Source: a virus (Duplodnaviria; Caudoviricetes). Taken from it: a stretch of 60,387 bases of DNA. The position numbers and the translations under genes were made by a program. Positions within the stretch are counted from its first letter, which is position 1, and every line of letters starts with the position of its first letter. The DNA is taken from positions 1 to 60,387 of the IMG/VR virus record IMGVR_UViG_3300036987_000493. The stretch is one strand, 5' to 3'. Under the pieces are notes generated by a model. It had not been told where the DNA came from and did not search any database. It worked only from the letters and a program-made list of their open reading frames with translations. This document shows positions 1 to 9,900 of the stretch, piece after piece.

Positions 1-471
1 TTACTTCCCTCCCACCCTTTGCTCCAGAGTTGCTACTCGGCCAAAAAGTTCACTCTCGTGAGATTTACGATCTCTCTGGCAATTCTCATGCTCCTTCCTG
101 CAACCCTCATACTCTCGCCGGCCCACATATTTTTCCGGCAAAACATCTTCTCGGAGAGTTTTTTGTCGGCCTTCGACTTCACCCAACTCGCCGTCCAGCC
201 CCCCTAATTTATCTACCAATGCCTTATGCTCATTGCAGGGCCAGGGGCATTTTATAGGGACTCCCTTTCCCCCCAACGCGTTACGGTAAGGCCAGGTTTC
301 TGATTCAGGGTCGCCTGGGTTCGGCATCCCCAAAATATCTTGAGCGATCCTCTTCCGTAGAAATTTGAAGATCACAAGGGTGATCCCGATGATCAAGAGT
401 CCTACCGCCATGGCTGTGCCAAAAGCTCCCAGGACGATAGGATGGAATAAGAATTTTTCCAATCCCCCCAT
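1..471 (-). CDS. Membrane protein, possible holin-like / lysis-region protein
   Basis: 156 aa; N-terminal hydrophobic helix followed by basic residues and a C-terminal coiled coil; GGGGAGG RBS; last gene of the late module. Confidence 0.45.
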   Translation of the reverse strand: MGGLEKFLFHPIVLGAFGTAMAVGLLIIGITLVIFKFLRKRIAQDILGMPNPGDPESETWPYRNALGGKGVPIKCPWPCNEHKALVDKLGGLDGELGEVEGRQKTLREDVLPEKYVGRREYEGCRKEHENCQRDRKSHESELFGRVATLEQRVGGK

Positions 472-510
472 GCCTCCCCCCTTATGTGCCTATCTCACCC
501 CGGGCAGGGG

Positions 511-873
511 TTAGCCGTCTCGTCCGAACAAAGATGTGATGGCGTCCACCGTGTACCCGCTAACCCCGGGATCACCGGAGAGAGTGCAACGGATGGAGTC
601 GCCCCCGCCCAGGATCCGGCGGATGGTCACGCCGAACTCATGGTCATAGTCTCCATTTTCATTCTTGGCCGTCCCATCGAAGATCGTAAAGCCGAACTCA
701 TCTACGATCTCCAACTTGGCTGTTACCGGATTCGTCGCGTTGATGTTTACCTGGTGGATGTTAAGGATTTCCCCCATCAGAGGCAGTGGTTTACTCTGAA
801 TCAGGTCGGCGCCGGCCGCACCGTTGGCAAAAGTAAAGGTGACCTTCTTTTTAAAATGTCCTAATGGCTTCAT
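511..873 (-). CDS. Hypothetical virion-associated beta-rich protein
   Basis: 120 aa, GGAGG RBS, same strand as the late operon. Confidence 0.6.
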   Translation of the reverse strand: MKPLGHFKKKVTFTFANGAAGADLIQSKPLPLMGEILNIHQVNINATNPVTAKLEIVDEFGFTIFDGTAKNENGDYDHEFGVTIRRILGGGDSIRCTLSGDPGVSGYTVDAITSLFGRDG

Positions 874-928
874 GGGCCTGCCTCCTTCATTCTCTTTTTC
901 ACGCTTCCGTGGAAAAGTACAGGGTGAT

Positions 929-3900
929 TTATGGGGCCTCTTCTTTTAATCGGTATCCGGTTACCTCGTCGGGTTTAGCCTTCCCAAATCCCATAACTGA
1001 CTGCCAGCTTGCCCGTTCCGCCCGGGTCGGCTTGGCGTATGGCGATTCAGGTTTGGTCGCATCTTTCGGCTTCTTGAGGATGGGTTTGTAGTCCTCCCGG
1101 GCCTGGCGGATAACCTTGATGAGGTAGCGTTGACGCTGGGCTTCCTCCATGTGAACGATCTTGGGGAGATTTTTCTGGATGATGTCATAAGCGTCCCCGA
1201 CAAACTCTGAGGTCATCTGCTTGTACGAATCAAAGTCCATACCCTTGCGGGCGGGCATCTTGACGGCCTCGGCCACCGCCGGGTCCATGAGGGCGTTACC
1301 GGCCCGGGCCAGGGTGACGATCTTTTCATCAAGGGCGTCCAGCTTGGCCTTCTTCTGCTCAGAGGTTAGAGCCTTGGAAAGGTGGATAGCATTGCGCTCT
1401 TTCTTGATCTTCCCGAGTTCCGCCATTTGCTTCCGGGCGACCCGGGCGAACATAGCCTCGGGGTTGTCTTTTAGGAAGGCGTCCAGCTTGTCCATGCTGC
1501 CGGTGTTCCAAAGGAGCTTCCACCCCTGGTCGGCTTGGGTCGCACCCTGGACGTTCTCGAAGAAGTCGCCAACGCTCTTAGCCCGGTAGCCGGCCGGCGG
1601 CTTGGTGAAGAGGGCCCGGATACCGAAGGCCCGTTCGATAGCGTCTTGCTGCGGGTTTGGTAGGTCCTCCAGCACCCCGGCTTTACGCAAAAGAATGTCA
1701 GCGCCTGGGAAGTAATAATTGGCCCCCAGGCCCCCGGAAAAGGAGCGGACGAAGTGCTCGACCTTCACCGGCGATAGGCCGATGAGATTTCCGCCATGGG
1801 CGCTTATGGCCTTGGCCAGAGAAGAGGTCCAGGGCTTGGACCTTAGTTCCACGGGGAGACTTTGTAGGGACGCGTCCTCAATGGGCCGGCCCAGGAAGAA
1901 ATTGTAATTCGACTTGAGCTCCACCAGGGGACGCAGGATCGCCGGGATTACCTCCGGGGTCAGGGCATCGACCGCGGCCTTGACCGCCGCCTGGAGGCCG
2001 GTAGTGTTGTCCCCCATGGCCACTTCCACAAGGCGCTCGGGGATAGAGCCGAACATGATACCGGCTTCAAATGGTTTGGGCAGGCGGATGATGGGGCCGG
2101 TTTTCCCCAGGGGGATGTGCCAGAAGTAATTCTTCTCCCAATCCTCCAGTTCCTTGAGCCGGTCGTCACCGTGGAACAGCAAAGCCAGGCCGACAGAGGC
2201 CGCCATCAGGGTGCCCAACCGCCGCATTACCGCCGCCTTGTTGAGGCCCCGCAATTCGGTTATCAGCTTGTCGGCCCCCTGAATGTTGGCGTTCCAGAAC
2301 GGGATGATCATGTTGAGATACCGGGCGACCGGGTGCCCCCCCAGGCGCCGGAAGTCCAGGGTCGTACGGCGCGCCTCATGGACAGCTTCGGCGTGAGAAA
2401 AGCCATTCTCCCGGGCCTGCTTGTAGAGCGAGAACCGGGTGAGATTTTCCAGGTAAGCCGACAGGGCTCGTAGGGCGTCAACTGGATGAGCCGCGTACCA
2501 GATGTTCTTTTTCTTGCCCTCGATGTCCGCGGCAGTGATCTTCTCTTCCACCGAGGATTGCGCCAGGGTCGCCATGAACCCGCCGCCCACCGCCATCTCG
2601 GAGCGCATCTGCATAGTGGCAGGGTTTTTGCTCATAAGAAGGTAGAGGTCCCGAAACCATTTAAGGGGGCTAAACCCGGCCCGATTGAAGACCCAGGCTT
2701 GAATCATGTCCCTTATGGGGTTCTTGATCAGACCGAACTCAGGGGTGGTCACCGCGCCAGTTCTAAGAACATCGGCCGGCCATTTGAGTATCCGCATGAG
2801 CAGCCCCAGATCCTGCGGAAGGAGGTTCTGGGTCATCCCGTACATATCCGGGGGGAGCTTTAGCCAGACCCGCTTGCCATCCTTATAGAATGGGACGGTG
2901 CCTTTCTCCGGCGCCAGAGGGGAGAACGCATATCCTTTCTTGATTCTCGGTGTCTCAGCCTGCATGGCCCACCCGGAACGCCCCAGGGGATCCCATTTGT
3001 AAACTCGGGTCATGCCGGAGGGGACGATCTTGGACTTGATGATCTCAATTCCCATCTCCGGGGAAGCCTGCCCCATCTGATAGAGGCTCCGGAACATCCG
3101 ATTTTTGGCGTAGGCGTAATTCGCCTTGGCGGACAACTCGATGAGCATCTGGAACGGGTCAACGATAGCCCGCTCAGACCCCTTGATTTCCTTGATAACC
3201 CGCCCGCCCCCGGTGGCCTCAATGTATCCGTCCAGTTCGTCAATGAGACGCATGAAGGGGATGTATGCCTGGTTCCGGGCCTTGATCTGGTCGTAGAGAT
3301 CCTGGGCAATAACGCCGCCTTGCAGGAGCCGTTGAAGGATAGCCTGGTCGGCCCACTCCCGGATGCCGTCGGCCACGCCTTGCAGTTGGGTGAAATCAGT
3401 CCCGTACTTGGTTTCCAGAGCTTGCAGGGCCCCCCGGCTCTCATCCGGCCGTACCCCTTTGATCGCCCCCGGTGCCCGGGCCCCGGTTTCTCCGGCCAGT
3501 TCCAAGTCTCTCTGGGCCACCATCATCAAGCGCAGATCCCGGAAGACCTCCTTGTTTTCCAACCCCCGGGCCTTGGCCAGGTCCCGGATGGGGTCGACGC
3601 GCTTGAACAGGCTATCGCCTGCCCGTGAGGGCGTAGCCCCGGAGAAGAAGGACTCGCCGGAGGCCGCGGTTTCAACCGGGTCGTAATAGACGCCGGCCCC
3701 CAGGACCGCCTCATGGTTCCAACCTTCCTGGCCCCGCCAAAACCCGATGGTGGAGGTGAACTGCTCACCGGCGGGCAGGGCAATCCCGGCCTTGGCCAGC
3801 TTATCTTGAGCTCGTTCCCCCGGGGCGAACCGGTCCACCACCTGGTCATAGGTCTTTTCGGCCATCTCTTTCCAGGAGGCTTTCAGGGCGGGGTCCTTAT

Positions 3901-6900
3901 CCCGAAACCGGCGCCAAAGAGATTTCTTGTCGGGATCGGCGGCCATAAGGTCCTGATGGTACTGTGTCAAGACGGCCTCGGGGTCGGTGGGGCGAAGAGC
4001 GTTGAAAACCCCCGTTGCCCCGGTCCCGGGCCCCGCCGCCGTCCGAGTCCAGACCTCCCCGCTCTTGATCTTGGCAAAGGTGCCGTCCGCGGTGGGGCCC
4101 AGCAATCCCGCCAGGCGCTTGAAGAAGTTGAAGACCTTCTGGAAGAAGGTATGGGGCTCCGCCGGCTTCCAAGTCTCGTAGGCCCGGGCCGCCGTCTCCC
4201 AATCGCCGTACTTCTTGAGGATAGCGTCGAGTTCCTTCTGGCGAAGAACCAGATCACAGGCGGCGTGAAAGGTCTCATGGTCCAGTGTGCGGATGCCGGC
4301 GGCCTTGGCCAGGGCCACCACCCCGCCCACGCTCATCTGGCGCCACTCGCCTGCCACCCATTCCCCGGCCTTCATTTCCCGGCCATAGGTCTTTAAGACT
4401 TCATCTCGTCGAGCGGCAAGGTCCTGGCCCGTCAAGATCATCAAGAGCTTGCCATTGGGGAGGGTGAGGTGGAACCCCTTACCCCCTTCGAGTTCATGGA
4501 CCTTGACGCCGCCGAACCGTTCCTGGACGGCCTGCAGAGTGATGGTGGAGCCTTCACCCAGGGCAGGTCCCGCTCTGAGGCCAGCCCGCCCGGCAAGACT
4601 GTACCTGGCCGAACCCTGGTCGGCGAACCTGGGGGCCGCCTCAACTATCGGCCGGCGCTTGATGATAGCGTCAATCGCCTTGAGGTCGGAATTTGTCTTA
4701 GTCCATGACTTTTCGACCGGAATAAAAGCCCGGGTCTTGTAGTCGATTCTCTCGATGATCATCCCGGCACTCTTGAGTTCCGGCAGGTATTCGGGGCGGG
4801 CCCCGACCAACTCAATGCGCTGCTCCCCAGAAACCAAGGCCCTCCGAAACACCCAACCGTTGGCCAGGGTGACGATCCAGTTATTGTCCAGGACCTTTTC
4901 TAAAATGTCGCCAGAGTTTTTGACATCAAGTTTCTGGGCTTGGGGCGTGGCCCCAAGTTTGGTCAAGGTTTCGTTTAGTTCACTGTTGGGGATGACCCGA
5001 CCCAGGTACTTCTTGCCGTCCTTGGTTTGGAGACGTTTGACCCGGGTGTCTCCCGACAGACGATTCCAGATTGGCAAGAGCGCCCCGGTGATCATATTCA
5101 GCCGTTCGGTGCTCTCCTTGGGCAATTTCGCCACAGCGGCGTTCCACAATGGTTCGGCATCTGCTTTTTTTACTTGGGTCCATTTATTTTTATTAGTCAG
5201 GGTATTTTCTTCAACCCACTGCCTGGCCCCATATCTTTGGCCCAGGAGTTTGTATTCTTTAACTATGCTCCCGTCTGCTTTGGTACGATTGAGAGGCTTT
5301 CTATCCACCGCCCACACATGGCCACTGGCGTTGTTTGTTACGAAGGCCGTGTCACTCCACCCTTTTGCCATATTCCAGGTTACCGGCTTAGTGGGGTTGG
5401 TGATGTCGAAAGCCACCACGCTGGTTTCGGCCCCGGATTTCGGTTCGGTATAAACCAGTTCCTCGCTTACCTTTTCAATCCTTCCACCTTTTTCTGGGAA
5501 AATGGTTTCCATGCCAAGGTCTAAGGTCCCCTGGTCCGCGGCCCGGGTTAATACTTCCTGGTGGAGTTGATCAAAGGCATCAAAAACAATGTCCTGAGAA
5601 GCAACCTCCATGGCCAGCAAACGGTTCATAAATTGCTTGATATCCGGATAATTCACCGTGACGACTCCGCCACTGGTGTATCGCAGCCTCCAACCGGTCT
5701 GAGCTTCGTATTCGTCAGCACTTATATCGGCGAACTGTCCGGCCAATAGCTTATCAACGAACTGATCTACTGCGATCTGGGCATGAGTCGTTTCCAGGTT
5801 ATCGGAGGCTTTGAGTAGGCCGGAACTCCCCGTCTGTCTCTGTCCCTTGGTCAAGGCTCCGAGTTGGTCCAGACGCCGGGCAATGGACGAGATGAACCTC
5901 TTGTGCCCCTTGATGTTAGTTTCTACCAGGATGTATTGGGGAGCCTGAGCCTGGTTGGTCCGGTGGGTGCGCCCGAATCCCTGGAGAGCACGTTTCGCTT
6001 GCCAGCCTGCCTGCAACAGATAATGGCGACGGAGGGCCTGGTTTTTGATAGAGAGGTCGGCATGGTAACTGGCCCCGGTGTCGCCTTTCTGGGAAAAAAC
6101 CAAGATACGCTTGGTCCCTTCCTCAAAAGCCTTTTGATCTTTATCTACCGCAGCTTGGCTCCGTTTTTCGACTATGGTTCTGCCCTTTGTTCTCACCATG
6201 CGTTGCTTGCGGCCCGTGATCTCGGCCACCATGCCCGGGCCAAATTTGTTGATAAGTTGGTCTATAGGGTTGTCGGGGAAATTGATCATACCGAGACTGT
6301 CAAGCAGTTTGTCTCGTGCATCCACGGCCTCCTGATTGAGCACCGCATTGCCATTGGAATCCAGCGCCACCCGGACCTGAGTGTCCCCGGCGTCATCCGT
6401 GTACTCTTCAAATTGGACAACGGGGAAAGACCTGTTGAGATATTGGGCCAGCATCTGCCGGGGGGTGAAATCAATTTCGTCGATCTCGACATCCTCTCCC
6501 CGGTTTTTAATCGCCTTATCGGTAGCGTCCCCATAGGTGTTGACCAACTGCAGAACCGGAGAATGTCCCGTGGCCAGGTCTGCTTCCAAAGAACTGAGGA
6601 CCGACGGCATCGTGAGGGCGGTCGTAACCTGATTGAAAAATCTTTGGTTGTAGCCCCAAAATTGCGCACGGGCATTTCGCTTGGTATTGCTGTCGGCGGA
6701 CCCACCCGTGAGATCCAAGGCAGCGTCGACGTTTTCCAGAACTTTTTGCCAGACCTTGGCCAGAGCATCATAGGTGGCGACCTGATCCGGCGTAAGGTCA
6801 TGCGTCAACCGATCATACTGAATACCTTTGAAAGAGAGGCTGCGGGCCATGTAGGATCCCATAGCCTTCATGTCCCGGGCCAGGACCTCCATAGCCGCCA

Positions 6901-9900
6901 CACCTCCCGATCCGATCTTGTTTAAGAAATCCGCTTTGTTGGCAAACTCAGTTCCAGGACCCCAGAGTCCAAGGCGATCTGCAAAACCAAAGTGCGAAAC
7001 CTCTTCTCCGAAGGTGGCGGAGACGTAAACTATCCTGGCGTTAGGGAGGCGTTTCCCCAATTCCATGCCGGCCAGGGCTCGCTGGGATGCTCCCTGTCTC
7101 TGCAGCCCCTGGCCCGTCGTGGTATTCTTGTTCATGTTGTGGGCTTCATCAAAAACGATGACCCCATCAAAATCTTCCCCCAACCACTTGGTAAGCTGAT
7201 CCAGTCGCTTTTGGGGAATGAAGGTCGTGTCGGCTTTGCTGGTAGCCTGACTGGATTTTAAGGTGTCGTACCCAACGAAGATGAGTCCTTCGTCACCCGT
7301 AATTGGGTTGTAGTTTTTGGGGAGGGGACGGACAATCTTGGGGTCCCAGCCGATTCCAGCAACGTCTCTCTGGGCGGATTCCACCAAGCCGTTGTTTTGA
7401 CTGATCCATACACCTTTTTTGCGGCCTTGGTTCCAGTTGTCCATAAAAATGCCGGCGATTTCCCGGCCTTTACCCACGCCAGTACCGTCGCCAATGGCAA
7501 AACCGCGGCGCTCTCCGGATTCAAGCATCTGGTCGTGGGCCTGTCCAGAATAGACCACGGCCTCAAATTGTGGTGCGCTTAGGTGGCCTTCGGTGACAAC
7601 GCTCTGGGGGATTTTGGGGGTATAGGTGGGTATCGGCGGCTTGACCGAAGACATGGCCGCCGACTCCACCAACTTGGCAGGATGGGGTTTGGCCCCAGGA
7701 ACCTTTAACCTTCGGGGTGAATAGTCCTCATAAATGTCGTCAGTTAGTGCGGTCTTTGATTCTACTTCTTCTGTGACCTCGGTTTTTACAGACCCGCTTG
7801 TCCCGGGGCCGGGCTGTCCGCCCACAGATTGCACACCGACATCCAGGTTTCCAGTTGTTCCCACGTCTCCGCTATCAGGTCCTCCGGGTTCACCGGCTTT
7901 CCCTGACTGCACAGTGTCAGTAGGGCCGACGGTTCCCCCAGGTTTTCCGGGTCTTCCAGAAACACCCTCATCAACTCCTGGGGTTGTCGGGCCAGTAGAA
8001 CCTGAAACATTGACCTTAGTTCCGCCCCCCGTGACCCCGGCACCGGGCGCCCCTTTTGCAGATCCCACTCCAGGAGTTGGATGAGGTGTAGGTCCGTGGG
8101 GTCCGGCTTGAGTTTTAACTTGAGTAGCGCCTGCTTGGCTGCCTGGTTGAGTGGTGACGAGTTGTCTGGCATCTTTCACGCCCTCCAGTAGGGGGATCAG
8201 GTCCTCGATGCGCTCGACGGCGCCGGCCACCGGTTGCTGCGTGGTGGGCCCCGTCTTGTCGATTACCAGGATCTGGTTATCGAAACTGGTGCCATATTTA
8301 GTATAATTCTTACCACTTATCCCTACATTTGCAAGGACGTTGTACTCTTTTTTGATTTTATCCCACCAGGTTTTGAAGGTGGGTTTGTCAAAGGCCATAC
8401 CCCGGCCGACGATGGCCACCAGGCGGCCCCCGGGCTCCAACCGCTTGAGGGCCTGTTCAATGTGCTGGGCACCTGTCTCCGAGATACGCTTCCCCATCAT
8501 CCGGCCCGCGGTAGCAGAGAACGGAGGATTCATCACCACGACCGTCGGCTTGACCGTCTTCGGCAGAACATTGTTAAGCTGCTCGGCGTTCTCCGTGAAG
8601 ACCTGATCGAAACCCATCTCCCGGAGAAGTTCGGCCCGCCTGGGGCTCAATTCGTTGACGATGACTTCCTGGGCCCCGGCGTTGGAAGCGAAGACCGCAA
8701 TGCCCCCGATCCCACCGCTGGGCTCCAGGGCCACGTCGTTCTGCCCGATATTGGCGACCCAATTTACCATGTAAGCCAGGGCCGGCGGGGTGGAGAACTG
8801 TTGGAACTCATCCATCTCGCCGGTGCGCCGGGTCTGCGTGGGGAGCATCTTGGTGAGAGCTTCAAGCTGCCTCACCACGTCGACGGGGTTCGCTGAGTGC
8901 GGGTTGTAAATCTCCGGGTGCGCCTGGATGAATTGGTTGACCCCCAACTCCATGGCATCATAGGCGTCCTTGGGGGTGTAGGTGCCCTGGGCCATGGTGC
9001 CACCGTAGGCCTCGTCCGCCCAATTATACAGATTGGCACTGGTGAGAGCCTTCGATGCACCAGAACGCTGCATCTTCTCCAGGTGGTCCTTTACCTGGTT
9101 AGCGATCTTGACGTGGGCGGCCGCGGAGGGCTCTGCGGCCGGGGTCGGGGATGCGGCTGCGGCCGGTGCCGCCTTGGGCGCCGCCTCCAGCTTGGTAAGG
9201 GTTTCGACTTTCACATCCATGGAAACCCGACCAACAGGGACACCGCCAGCCTTCACCGTCTGATCCACATTGATGTCCACGTTGCCGAATCTATCTGGAG
9301 CACCTTTAAGGGTCCCGGTGAGAGTCTTGCCCCGTTCCTTCCAGGATACCCGGTCGCCTTTTTGGTAGGTGACCCCGGTGTTTTCCTTGAGCCAGGTCTT
9401 CAAATCCCCCAGGCGCTTATAGACGACGCCGGCCTTTTTGTCGGCCTTCTCGGCTTTGACCAAGCCGGCATCCATGGCGCGCTCCATGATGGCAACTTCC
9501 TGGTCCGACAAGCCGCCTTCCGGCGAACGCAGCCATCCGGTATCCGAAAGGTTGGCCAGCTTGTCCAGCCACGGGGCCTTTTCTTCTGCGCCAAAGATTT
9601 TCTGCCAGGCTCTATCAATCGGTTCGCGGTTCACATATTTTTTGATCAGGTGTTCCCGCATCCCCTCACTCTCGGCTGCGGAATAGCCATTGGCTTTCGA
9701 CTCGGTAAATTCATCAATGGCGGCTCGGTAGGTCCTCTCCGCGGTGACTTCCTTTCGCCGGCCCATCCCTGCATCGGTTTGATCATCCCTGAGTGCCTGG
9801 AACTCTTCTTTCAAGGCGGCCTCGGTCATGGAGGTAACAGGCGGGCGGGCAACTTTCTTCGGAGCGATGGCAGTCGGCAGAGGTTTGGTCTTGGGCGCCG